DNA of 64,000 nucleotides from contig JAVKIP010000001.1 in assembly GCA_031459385.1 (NCBI GenBank), positions 64,001 through 128,000 of the forward strand, read 5' to 3'. Both the position numbers and the translations under genes were made by a program. This document shows positions 51,237 to 60,026 of the stretch, in pieces (the first letter of the stretch is position 1; the number at the start of each line of letters is the position of its first letter). The notes beneath the pieces were generated by a model. That model was not told where the DNA came from. It did no database searches and saw nothing but the letters and a program-made list of their open reading frames with translations. This stretch comes from Candidatus Fervidifonticultor secundus. Its GTDB lineage: Bacteria; Sysuimicrobiota; Sysuimicrobiia; Sysuimicrobiales; Humicultoraceae.

Positions 51237-51364
51237 GGTCCACGTGTCCTTGGGGTGAAAAGTTTTTGTATGTATTCGGTTGAGCTGGGAGGCCTCCTCC
51301 CCGTGTAACGGAATGGGGAGATGCCGCTGCATCTGGACAGGACATGTGGATGGGGGGTGGCGGG

Positions 51365-51393
51365 TTGCCCTCCGCGCGGCGGAATGCTAGCAT
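51365..51393 (+). promoter_or_regulatory. Sigma70 promoter of the serine operon
   Basis: TTGCCC (51365-51370), 17 bp spacer, TG-extended TAGCAT (51388-51393); same -35 hexamer as the trp T-box promoter. Confidence 0.7.
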
Positions 51394-51409
51394 TAGTGTC
51401 AACACGGGA

Positions 51410-51677
51410 AGTGGCGATGACGGAGCCGAGTAGGCGCGGCGCTGCCTGAAGAGAGAGCCGGCGGGTGGTGCGAGCCGGCCGGGCCCGCGACGAATCCCCT
51501 CCCGAGCGGCGGACGATACCGGTGCCAGCGTCCCGGTGGCCGGTCGAAGTCCCCGGGTGCGCCCGTGACAGCGCGCGCGAGGGCCCGGAGGGCTGCGTGC
51601 GCGCTGGGCGCAGGGCCGGGAAGGAGAGTGGCACCACGGGGTGACCCCGTCTCGACGCGAGGCGGGGTGTTTTGTTT
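51410..51677 (+). ncRNA. T-box riboswitch with Ser (UCC) specifier
   Basis: GCGATGA..GAGTAG, AGAGAG bulge, GGTGCGA loop, GAA-TCC-C specifier 51495-51497, AAGGAGAG-TGGCACC-ACG T-box 51629-51635. Confidence 0.92.
51644..51677 (+). terminator. T-box attenuator terminator
   Basis: ACCCCGTCTCG-ACG-CGAGGCGGGGT then GTTTTGTTT. Confidence 0.85.
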
Positions 51678-51777
51678 GGTCGCGACAGCCGGCCGCCGAA
51701 CGGCCGGCCGCGCGGCACGATCGCGCCAGGGGCGCGGTGTGGCGCACCCACGCGCAGCCCCTGCCAGGAGGTGAGCC

Positions 51778-52926
51778 GTGCAGCACTACCTGTTGATCCC
51801 AGGTCCCACACCGCTGCCCGAGGAGGTCTTGCGGGCCGGCGCCCGGCAGATGGTGAACCACCGCGACGCCGAGTTCGGACGGCTGCTGGCCGAGACGCTG
51901 GAGGCGCTGCGCCGGGTCTTCCTGACCCGCCAGCCGGTCATCCCGTTCGCGGCATCGGGCACCGGCGGGCTGGAGGCCGCGCTGGTGAACCTGTGCTCTC
52001 CCGGGGATGACGTCGTGGGGATCTGTGCGGGGGTTTTCGGGGACCGGTTCGCTGCCATCGCCGAGGCGTTCGGCCTGCGCGTGCGGCGTCTCGAGGTCCC
52101 GTGGGGGCAGGCGGTGGATCCCGACACGGTGCGCGCGGCGCTGCGGGGTACGCCCCGGGCGCGGGCGCTCCTGGTCACCCACAACGAGACGTCGACTGGC
52201 GTGCGGCAGGACCTGCGCGCCATCGCCGAGGCCGCGCGCGGCCACGACGTGCTGCTGGTAGTGGACGCCGTGAGCTCCCTGGGGGCGGTGGAGCTGCGTG
52301 CCGACGCCTGGGGCCTCGACGTCGTCATCACGGGGTCCCAGAAGGCGTTGATGGCTCCGCCGGGCCTGGCGCTCATCAGCGTCTCTGACCGCGCCCTGGC
52401 GGCCATGAGGACCGCGCGGCTGCCGCGCTTCTACTGGTCGTTCGAGCGCATGCTGGCCGAGCTGGGCGAGGCCGAGGCCTACACGCCCTTCACGCCCGCG
52501 ATCGCGACGATCTACGCGCTCCACGAAGGGCTACGGCTGGTGGAAGCCGAGGGGCTGGAGGCCCGCTGGGCGCGGCACCGCCGGACCGCGCGCGCCGTGC
52601 GGGCGGGCGTGCGGGCCCTGGGGCTGCGCGTCGTGCCCGACGAGGCGGTGGCCAGCGAGACCGTCACCGCGGTCTGGCTCCCGCAAGGCGTCGAGGCCGG
52701 GGCGCTGCTGGGGCGCCTCCGGGTCGAGCACGGCGTGACGCTGAGCGGCGGTCAGGGCCAGTTCAGGGGCAAGATCGTGCGCTTCGGTCACCTCGGCTGG
52801 GTGCCCGACGACGCGGTGCTGGCGGGGCTGGCGGCGCTGGAGACGGTGCTGCCCCAGGTCGGTGGGCCCGCAGGTCGAGGAGCCACGGCAGCGGCCCGCG
52901 AGGTGCTGGCAGCCACCCCGGCGTGA
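51778..52926 (+). CDS. Class V (serine-pyruvate/alanine-glyoxylate type) aminotransferase; likely phosphoserine aminotransferase
   Basis: IPGPTP, SGTGGLEA, HNETSTGV, VDAVSSLG, GSQKALMAPPGL, RFGHLG; AGGAGG RBS. Confidence 0.88.
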   Translation: MQHYLLIPGPTPLPEEVLRAGARQMVNHRDAEFGRLLAETLEALRRVFLTRQPVIPFAASGTGGLEAALVNLCSPGDDVVGICAGVFGDRFAAIAEAFGLRVRRLEVPWGQAVDPDTVRAALRGTPRARALLVTHNETSTGVRQDLRAIAEAARGHDVLLVVDAVSSLGAVELRADAWGLDVVITGSQKALMAPPGLALISVSDRALAAMRTARLPRFYWSFERMLAELGEAEAYTPFTPAIATIYALHEGLRLVEAEGLEARWARHRRTARAVRAGVRALGLRVVPDEAVASETVTAVWLPQGVEAGALLGRLRVEHGVTLSGGQGQFRGKIVRFGHLGWVPDDAVLAGLAALETVLPQVGGPAGRGATAAAREVLAATPA

Positions 52927-52951
52927 CCGCGATCAAGGCAGGGGTGAGGCG

Positions 52952-54592
52952 ATGCCACAGACGCACGGCGTGCAGACGCAGAGAGACGGCGCGGTGGCCA
53001 CGGACGCGGCACGCCCGCGGGTCGTGGTGGCCGACGGGCTCGACGCGCTGGGCCTGGAGCGCCTCCGGGCGCAGGCCCGGGTGGACGTCTTCGCCGGGCT
53101 CGACGAACCCCGCCTGATCGCGGCGCTGCAGGGGGCAGATGCCGTGATCGTGCGCAGCCGCAGCCGGCTCACAGCCCGGGTGCTGGAGGCCGCGCCGCAG
53201 CTGCGCATCGCCGCCCGCGCCGGCGTGGGCGTGGACAACATCGACGTGGACGCGGCCACCCGGTGTGGGATCCTGGTGCTCAACACCCCGGAGAGCAGCA
53301 CGATCAGCACCGCGGAGCACACCATGGCGCTGCTCCTGGCGCTCGCCCGCTGGATCCCCCAGGCCCACGCGTCACTGGCCGGCGGCGAGTGGCGGCGCGA
53401 GGCGTTCGTGGGGATCGAGCTCTACGGCAAGACCCTGGGCGTCGTGGGGCTGGGGAAGATCGGGGCCGAGGTCGCGCGGCGCGCGCAGGCGTTCGGGATG
53501 CGGGTGGTGGCCCACGATCCCTATATCAGCGAGGAGCGGGCTGCCCACCTGGGCGTCGCGCTGGCGGAGTTCGACCACCTGCTGGCGTCCAGCGACGTGG
53601 TCACGCTGCACGTACCGCTGACCCCGCGCACGGCGCGGCTGCTGGGGTCCGAGCAGTTCCAGCGTATGAAGCCCGGCGCGCTGCTGGTCAACTGCGCCCG
53701 CGGCGGGCTCATAGACGAGGACGCCCTCCTGGCGGCACTGGAGGCGGGGCACCTGGGCGGCGCGGCGCTGGACGTGTTCGAGCAGGAGCCCCCTAGCCGG
53801 TCGGCGCTGCTGGCGCATCCCCGCGTGGTGGCCACGCCGCACCTGGGCGCTTCCACCCGGGAAGCGCAGCGGTCGGTGGCCGTGGAAGTCGTCGAGCAGG
53901 TGCTGGCCGCGCTGGCAGGCCGGCCCGTGCGCGGCGCGGTCAACGCGCCGGCGCTTCTGGCCGAGACCTGGCAGCGGCTGGAGCCCTACCTGGCGCTGGC
54001 CCGCCATCTCGGGACGCTGGCGCAGCAGCTGACCGACGGCCAGATCGAGGCGGTGGAGCTGCGCTACGCCGGCACGGTGGCCCGGGAAGATCCGGCGCCG
54101 CTGACGGCCGCGTTCCTGGTGGGGCTGTTCAGCGGCATCTCGGCCCGCCCGGTCAACATGGTGAACGCGCCGGTCCTGGCGCGGGAGCATGGCATCCGCA
54201 TTCGCGAGGTGCGGCAGGAGGAGAGCGAGGACTTCCAGAGTCTGGTGACCGTCACGGTCCGGACGACCCGGGCGCCGCTGGGGCTGGCGGGGACGCTCTT
54301 CGGTCACCGCGAGCCGCGCATCACGCGCATCGGCGACTACCGGCTGGACCTGATCCCGGCCCGCCAGCTGCTCTTCGTGTGGAACGCGGACCGGCCCGGG
54401 ATGATCGGCAGGGTGGGGACCATCCTCGGCGCGCACGCCGTCAACATCGCCAACATGCACGTGGGTCGCGTGACGCCTGGCGGCACGGCCCTGATGGTCC
54501 TGTCGGTGGACAACGAGATCCCTGCCGAGGCTCTGGTCGCGCTGGCGCAGCTCGACGGGATCAGCGGCGTGCGCGCGGTGCGGCTGGACTGA
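52952..54592 (+). CDS. serA: D-3-phosphoglycerate dehydrogenase (long form with ASB and ACT domains)
   Basis: RAGVGVDNID, GLGKIG, NCARGG, TPHLGAST.EAQ, DRPGMIG..G..NIA; start may instead be GTG 52994. Confidence 0.95.
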   Translation: MPQTHGVQTQRDGAVATDAARPRVVVADGLDALGLERLRAQARVDVFAGLDEPRLIAALQGADAVIVRSRSRLTARVLEAAPQLRIAARAGVGVDNIDVDAATRCGILVLNTPESSTISTAEHTMALLLALARWIPQAHASLAGGEWRREAFVGIELYGKTLGVVGLGKIGAEVARRAQAFGMRVVAHDPYISEERAAHLGVALAEFDHLLASSDVVTLHVPLTPRTARLLGSEQFQRMKPGALLVNCARGGLIDEDALLAALEAGHLGGAALDVFEQEPPSRSALLAHPRVVATPHLGASTREAQRSVAVEVVEQVLAALAGRPVRGAVNAPALLAETWQRLEPYLALARHLGTLAQQLTDGQIEAVELRYAGTVAREDPAPLTAAFLVGLFSGISARPVNMVNAPVLAREHGIRIREVRQEESEDFQSLVTVTVRTTRAPLGLAGTLFGHREPRITRIGDYRLDLIPARQLLFVWNADRPGMIGRVGTILGAHAVNIANMHVGRVTPGGTALMVLSVDNEIPAEALVALAQLDGISGVRAVRLD

Positions 54593-54633
54593 GCGGACGG
54601 CGCCGGACGCCACGGCAGGCGGGAGGCACGACG

Positions 54634-55926
54634 ATGCTGGATCTCAAGAAGATCCGCGAGGCACCCGACCGCTACCGCGCAGGGCTGCGCAAGCGCGGCC
54701 TGCACCCGGCGGCCATCGACGCCGTGCTGGACGCGGACCGGCGGCGCCGGGAGGTGCTGCAGCAGATCGAGGCGCTGCGCGCCGAGCAGAACCGCGCCTC
54801 GGCCGAGGTCCCGCGCCTGGCGGGCGAGGCGCGCTTGGCACGCCTGGCGGCGCTGCGGGCGCTTGCCGACCGCCTCAAGGCCCTGGAACCGGCGCTGGAG
54901 GCCGCCGAGGCCGACCTGGACCGGCTGCTGCGCAGCCTGCCCAACCAGCCCGACGACACCGTGCCGGAGGGACTGGACGCCTCGGCCAACGTGGTGGTGC
55001 GCGCCTGGGGTAGCCCGCCGCAGTTCGCCTTTCCCCCGGCCGACCACGTGGACCTGGGCACGCGCCTGGACATCGTGGACTTCGAGCGCGGGGCCAAGGC
55101 TGCGGGCTCGCGCTTCTACTATCTCAAGGGCGACGGCGTGCTGGTGGAGCAGGCGCTGGTCAGACTCGCCATGGACCTGCTTCGCGCCGAGGGTTTCGTC
55201 GTGATGGAGACGCCGATGCTGGTCCGCACCGGCGTCATCACCGGCGCGTGGGGCGGTGTCGAGTTCGACCCGCAGCAGACCTACAAGGTGGAGACCGACG
55301 ACCTGGCTCTGATCGGCACCAGCGAGCAGTCGCTGGCCGCCTATCACATGGACGAGACGCTGGAGGCCGACCGCCTGCCGTTGCGGTACGCTGGGCTGTC
55401 GTGGTGCTTCCGCCGGGAGGCGGGCTCCTACGGCCGTGACGTCCGCGGGCTGTACCGGGTCCATCAGTTCTTCAAGGTGGAGATGTTCTCGTTCGCCCAT
55501 CCGGCGCGCTCGGCGGAGGAGCACGAGTACCTGGTGAGCCTGGAGGAGCGCTACGTGCGCATGCTGGGGCTGCCGTACCGGGTCGTGCTGCTGTGCGGCG
55601 GCGACCTGGGGTTGGCCATGGCCAAGACCTACGATGTGGAGATCTGGATGCCGGGCCGCGGCGGGTGGGGCGAGACGCACTCGTGCAGCAATGCCCACGA
55701 CTTCCAGGCGCGCCGGCTGGGCATCAGATATCGTGAGGGCCCGCGGGGCCCCGCAGAGTTCGTCCACACCCTGAACGGGACGTTGGTGGCGACCAGCCGG
55801 ATGCTCCTGGCGCTTCTGGAGAACTACCAGCAGGCCGACGGGTCGGTATGCGTGCCCGACGTCTTGCAGCCGTACCTGGATGGCCGCGCCGTGCTGCTGC
55901 CCGCGTCCCACGCCGGGCGCCCGTGA
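54634..55926 (+). CDS. serS: Seryl-tRNA synthetase
   Basis: MLDLKKIR, LIGTSE, CFRREAGSYGRD.RGLYRVHQF.KVE, ETHSCSN, HTLNGT, LLENYQ. Confidence 0.96.
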   Translation: MLDLKKIREAPDRYRAGLRKRGLHPAAIDAVLDADRRRREVLQQIEALRAEQNRASAEVPRLAGEARLARLAALRALADRLKALEPALEAAEADLDRLLRSLPNQPDDTVPEGLDASANVVVRAWGSPPQFAFPPADHVDLGTRLDIVDFERGAKAAGSRFYYLKGDGVLVEQALVRLAMDLLRAEGFVVMETPMLVRTGVITGAWGGVEFDPQQTYKVETDDLALIGTSEQSLAAYHMDETLEADRLPLRYAGLSWCFRREAGSYGRDVRGLYRVHQFFKVEMFSFAHPARSAEEHEYLVSLEERYVRMLGLPYRVVLLCGGDLGLAMAKTYDVEIWMPGRGGWGETHSCSNAHDFQARRLGIRYREGPRGPAEFVHTLNGTLVATSRMLLALLENYQQADGSVCVPDVLQPYLDGRAVLLPASHAGRP

Positions 55927-56039
55927 TCGCCCTTCTGGCCGGCGCCGCGCTGCTGGCGATGTTCTACGGCTCGGCCGGCGTGCTGGCGGGAGTCCTCTAC
56001 CGATCTCTGGCGCGCACCCCCGGGCCGCAGCGGCGCTGA
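55923..56039 (+). CDS. Putative 38-aa single-TM small protein
   Basis: GTGA overlap with the serS stop; hydrophobic MIALLAGAALLAMFYGSAGVLAGVLY followed by a basic tail. Confidence 0.45.
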   Translation: MIALLAGAALLAMFYGSAGVLAGVLYRSLARTPGPQRR

Positions 56040-56238
56040 CGGCGCCCTTCCTTGGCGGGCCCGCCGGCCCAGCAGGACCCCCGGCAGGCCGGCGCGAACT
56101 GCGGCTCCACAGTTTCCTCTACACCTCTATACCTCGTTCCGAGGGGGTGAGAGCCCGAGCGTGTGCAGTGTGTGCTCTTCCGGCCTGGCCTCGACGGTTC
56201 CGCAGCCAGCGGAGCGGAGACTGCAAGGGGGGAGATGG

Positions 56239-57609
56239 ATGCCAGAGGAAGTGAGCCGGAGAGAGTTCCTGAAGTCCCTGGGTGTGACCGTAGGCGCAGC
56301 CGCAGCGGGCGGCCTGGCCGGCCAGGTCATCCAGCCGGCGCCGGTCGAGGCGCAGAGCCCGCCCCGGGGGCGCATCCCCGACACGCCCTACAAGACCGGG
56401 CACATGACGTTCCTCTCGGGCGCGGCCGCCGTACTCGGCGAGCAGTCGCGCAAGGGCCACCTGCTCGCGGCTGAGGAGATCAACGCCAAAGGCGGGCTCC
56501 TCGGCAAGCGCAAGATCGAGACGATCTTCGCCGACGAGGCCGCCGGCACCGACGCCAACGTGAAGGAACTCAAGCGGATGAAGCTTGAGGGCAAGATCGA
56601 CCTGTTCACGGGGGTCATCTCCAGCGGCAATACGCCGGCCCTGGGCCCCGTCGCCGAAGACCTGAAGGTCCTGACGCTCTTCACCGACGGCTGCACCGAC
56701 TTCCTGTTCGACAAGGCCGTGCCCAACCCGAAGTACATCTTCCGCCTGACCAACATCCAGTCGGCCGACGGCGTCATGGCTGCTCTCGCGGTGGCCCAGG
56801 CCTGGCCCGAGGTGCGCAAGATCGCCCATATCCACCCCGACTACTCGTACGGGCGGAACGCCTTCGACCACTTCACCGTGGCGATCCAGAAGCTGCTGCC
56901 CGGCACCGAGGTCGTCTCGGAGGCCTGGCCGAAGCTGGGCACGACCGACTTCACCGCCCACATCACCAAGACCCTGTCGGCCAAGCCCGACCTGCTGGTG
57001 TCGGCGGTCTGGGGCGGCGACTACATCGCCATGTACAAGCAGGCCCTGGGCTACGGCCTGTTCAAGCAGATGAAGTTCGCCAGTACGATCGCCTTCGGCG
57101 TGGCCCCGCATGCCATCGGCAAGGACCACCCGGAGGGCATCGTGGCCGGCGTGCACGCCAACTACTACTGGACGTTCCCGCCGGGGAACAAGTGGCCGCT
57201 GAACAACCTGTTCGTGCGCAAGTTCTTCAACCGGTGGAAGGAGTACCCGAACTTCGAGGCCGAGGGCGCCTACGTGGCGCTGTACATGCTGAAGGAAGCC
57301 GTCGAGAAGGCCAACCGGTTGACTGGCGGCTGGCCCGACGACGAGGCCATCATCGCCATGCTGGAGGGGATGATGTACCCCGGCCCGGCGGGCTACTACT
57401 ACATCCGGCCCGACAACCATCAGGCGTACAAGGACGCCATGACGGGATTCAGCAAGAACGACCCCAATTATCCCTTCCTGGTTCTGGATCCGAACACCGT
57501 CATCACTGTGCCGATCCGGAACATCACGGCACCCCCGGGCTACCCCAGGGGCGAGCCCACGACGACGCACCGGTGGATTCAGGAGACCTGGCCCCGCGTG
57601 CGCGCCTGA
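56239..57609 (+). CDS. LivJ-type solute-binding protein with Tat signal
   Basis: GGGGGAG RBS; SRREFLK; EEINAKGGLLG.RKIE..FADE, GVISSG, PDYSYGR, WPKLGTTDF. Confidence 0.88.
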   Translation: MPEEVSRREFLKSLGVTVGAAAAGGLAGQVIQPAPVEAQSPPRGRIPDTPYKTGHMTFLSGAAAVLGEQSRKGHLLAAEEINAKGGLLGKRKIETIFADEAAGTDANVKELKRMKLEGKIDLFTGVISSGNTPALGPVAEDLKVLTLFTDGCTDFLFDKAVPNPKYIFRLTNIQSADGVMAALAVAQAWPEVRKIAHIHPDYSYGRNAFDHFTVAIQKLLPGTEVVSEAWPKLGTTDFTAHITKTLSAKPDLLVSAVWGGDYIAMYKQALGYGLFKQMKFASTIAFGVAPHAIGKDHPEGIVAGVHANYYWTFPPGNKWPLNNLFVRKFFNRWKEYPNFEAEGAYVALYMLKEAVEKANRLTGGWPDDEAIIAMLEGMMYPGPAGYYYIRPDNHQAYKDAMTGFSKNDPNYPFLVLDPNTVITVPIRNITAPPGYPRGEPTTTHRWIQETWPRVRA

Positions 57610-57628
57610 GCGCGGCAGGACGGCAGGC

Positions 57629-57660
57629 GGGGGCAGCGCCCCGGCGGGGCGCTGCCCCCC
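57629..57660 (+). other. Strong GC hairpin without U-tract (intercistronic stabiliser or attenuator)
   Basis: GGGGGCAGCGCCCC-GGC-GGGGCGCTGCCCCC inverted repeat. Confidence 0.6.
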
Positions 57661-57695
57661 CGCATCTGTGGGCGTCGGAGCGGTGGCTCGCGCGC

Positions 57696-60026
57696 ATGGG
57701 GTGCGGCGGCGGGCCGCGCCGGGCCCGGCGGTGCGCCGCGCTGGCGGTCTCGCTGGCTGTCGCGGTCGCCGGAGCCATTCCCGCCAGGGCCGGCCACGAA
57801 CTGGCGTACTCGCCGGCGTTCTACCCGCACGAGATCCAGATCGAGACCGCTGGCGCCGATGCGGCCGAGCGGCTTCGGCAGGGTGCGCTGCACGCCCTGG
57901 TAGGGCTCGACCCGTTCGCGCCGGGTCCGCTGCCGGCCGACGTAGCAGCGGTGGAGTCGTTGCGGGCGTATGTGCTGGTGACGGCCGACGGCCCCGCCCT
58001 GGCCGGGGTGTCCCGCGAGGCGCGGTGCCGCGTGCTGGGCGCGGCGCTGGGTGTGCTCGCGCGCTCCACCCGCTTCCACTTCCACCCGTACCCTGTGACG
58101 CCGTTCCACGAAGACTACCTCCACCACGCGGATCTGGCCCGGGCTCAGCATGTGCAGTACGCGGCGGGTGAGGCGGCCGGCCGTGCGCCGCGGTTCCGCC
58201 CGCACGGACCCCTGGCCGCGGCGATTCTGGCTGATAGCGCGGGGACCGCGCCGGGCGGGGTGCCGTGGGACGTCACCGTCGAGACGGTGCCGGTGGAGGA
58301 GCTGGTCGCGGCATCGGCGCCGCGCCTCGACGGCGGGCAGGGGCCGCCCTGGGCGCGGGACGGCTGGTTCCACGCGGTGCAGCTGCTGCGCGGCCGGGTG
58401 GACGACGCCGAGGGCCGGGCGGCCGACGAAGTGGTGGCGCGCCTGGTGGCCGGCACGATCCGCCGGCCCGAGGAGCGCGTTGCGCTCGAACGCGAGGTCC
58501 CGACGCAGCTCCTGCGCGCGTGCCGTGCGGCCGTCGCCGGCTATGTTGTCCGCCGCGAGCCCTACAACACCGAGTTCTCGGCCGGCGTGGAGAACGTGGC
58601 GTTCGACGCCCACAGCGGGCTGAACGCCCCCATCTTCATCCGCACGGTGAAGCTCAAAGACTTCCCCTGGAACGGGGTGCTGCGCCTGGGCGTCGCGGCC
58701 GCGCCGCAGACGGCCTGGAACCCCGTCGGCGGGTTCACCGACCCGTTCGGCCGACTGGTGTGGGCCGCCGTCGGCGATCCGGCGCTGCTGCCGGCCCCCT
58801 ACGGCGCCGGCGCAGTACCCAACCGCGTCGTGCCCCATCGTGCGGAGCCCCCGCGCCTGGTGCAGCGGCTGGACCGCTGGATCGCCAGGCTGGCCGGCGG
58901 GGAGGTGCGCATCCCGCGCGACGCGCGGTTGCCGGATGCCGCCGGCCGGTGGCATCCGGTCGGGTGGCGCGCCACGGCGCAGGCGCGCGTGACCTACACC
59001 GTGCGCACCTCGGCGTTTCACGACGGCACCACGATGACCGCAGCCGACGCCCTCTACCCGTTCCTAGTCGCGTACCGGTGGGGCGTGGCCGGCCCGTACC
59101 ACGACCCGCGCCTGGCGGCCGCCACGGCCCTGGTGCGGGCGCACCTGGCCGGGGTGCGGCTGGCGCGGATCGAGGAGACGACGCTGCGGCTGGGCGATCT
59201 GCGGCTGCAGTGGCGGGACCCGGTCATCGAGGTCTACTTGCGCGGCGGCCTGCCCGCCGCCGGGCACATCGCGGCGCTGGCGCCGCCGTGGGCCCCGGTC
59301 CCGTGGCACGTCATGTACTTGATGGAGGAAGCCGTCCGCCGGGGCCTGGCGGCGTTCTCGGCCGAGGAGGCGCGCCGGCGTGGCATCCCCCAGCTCGACC
59401 TGGTGCGGGCGCCGGCCCAGGTCGCGCGCCTGCGCGCGCTGGCCGCGGAGCTCGAGGCGCGCGGCGCGATCCCCGCAGGCCTCGAGCCCTACGTGACCGC
59501 GCAGGAGGCGCGGCTGCGGTGGCGCGCGCTGCAGCGCTTCGCCGAGCGCACGGGCCACCTGCTGGTGACCGCCGGCCCCTACCGGCTGGCCCGCTGGGAC
59601 GGCCGGCGCGCCACGCTGACGGTCTTTCGAGACCTCACGTACCCGCTGGTGATCGGCGCTTACGACCGCTATGCGCTTCCCCGCCCCGCGCACATCGCGG
59701 CGCTGCGCGTCGCTGGCGGTCAGCTGCGGGTGCGGGCCGAGGTCGAGCTGGTGGAGCGGGTCCAGCGCGACCACCGGATCACGCGGGAAGCGCTCAGCGA
59801 CGAGATGCTGCGGGGGACGCCCCGCGTGCGTCCCGTCTGCCGCTTCGTGGTCGTCGACGCCGCCGGCCGCGTCCTCCAGGTCGGCGAGGCCGCTTACGCG
59901 GGCGGCGGGGAGTTCGCGGCGGCGCTGCGGGCGGCCGGTCCGGCCACCGTCATGGTCGCCCTGTACCAGGACGAGAACTTCGTGGCGCCCGGGATCCGCA
60001 CGCTGGCGCTGCCGTCTGGGCGGTGA
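57696..60026 (+). CDS. Large secreted protein resembling a circularly permuted family 5 SBP
   Basis: Signal peptide ..ARA/GHE; WNPVGGFTDP, FHDGTTMTAAD and TAGPYRL all lie in the C-terminal half; GTGA overlap with the next gene. Confidence 0.7.
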   Translation: MGCGGGPRRARRCAALAVSLAVAVAGAIPARAGHELAYSPAFYPHEIQIETAGADAAERLRQGALHALVGLDPFAPGPLPADVAAVESLRAYVLVTADGPALAGVSREARCRVLGAALGVLARSTRFHFHPYPVTPFHEDYLHHADLARAQHVQYAAGEAAGRAPRFRPHGPLAAAILADSAGTAPGGVPWDVTVETVPVEELVAASAPRLDGGQGPPWARDGWFHAVQLLRGRVDDAEGRAADEVVARLVAGTIRRPEERVALEREVPTQLLRACRAAVAGYVVRREPYNTEFSAGVENVAFDAHSGLNAPIFIRTVKLKDFPWNGVLRLGVAAAPQTAWNPVGGFTDPFGRLVWAAVGDPALLPAPYGAGAVPNRVVPHRAEPPRLVQRLDRWIARLAGGEVRIPRDARLPDAAGRWHPVGWRATAQARVTYTVRTSAFHDGTTMTAADALYPFLVAYRWGVAGPYHDPRLAAATALVRAHLAGVRLARIEETTLRLGDLRLQWRDPVIEVYLRGGLPAAGHIAALAPPWAPVPWHVMYLMEEAVRRGLAAFSAEEARRRGIPQLDLVRAPAQVARLRALAAELEARGAIPAGLEPYVTAQEARLRWRALQRFAERTGHLLVTAGPYRLARWDGRRATLTVFRDLTYPLVIGAYDRYALPRPAHIAALRVAGGQLRVRAEVELVERVQRDHRITREALSDEMLRGTPRVRPVCRFVVVDAAGRVLQVGEAAYAGGGEFAAALRAAGPATVMVALYQDENFVAPGIRTLALPSGR

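Noticed and set aside
56109..56130. CCTCTACA/CCTCTATA direct repeat and possible riboswitch upstream of the Tat SBP
   Set aside because: Could be a promoter or operator, but it is too short and no known riboswitch consensus could be matched
58265..60022. Apparent 1311-aa giant CopCD protein
   Set aside because: The N-terminal ~590 aa are low-complexity Arg/Gly/Ala from an alternate frame of the upstream gene; the signal peptide and His1 place the start at 60023 or 60053
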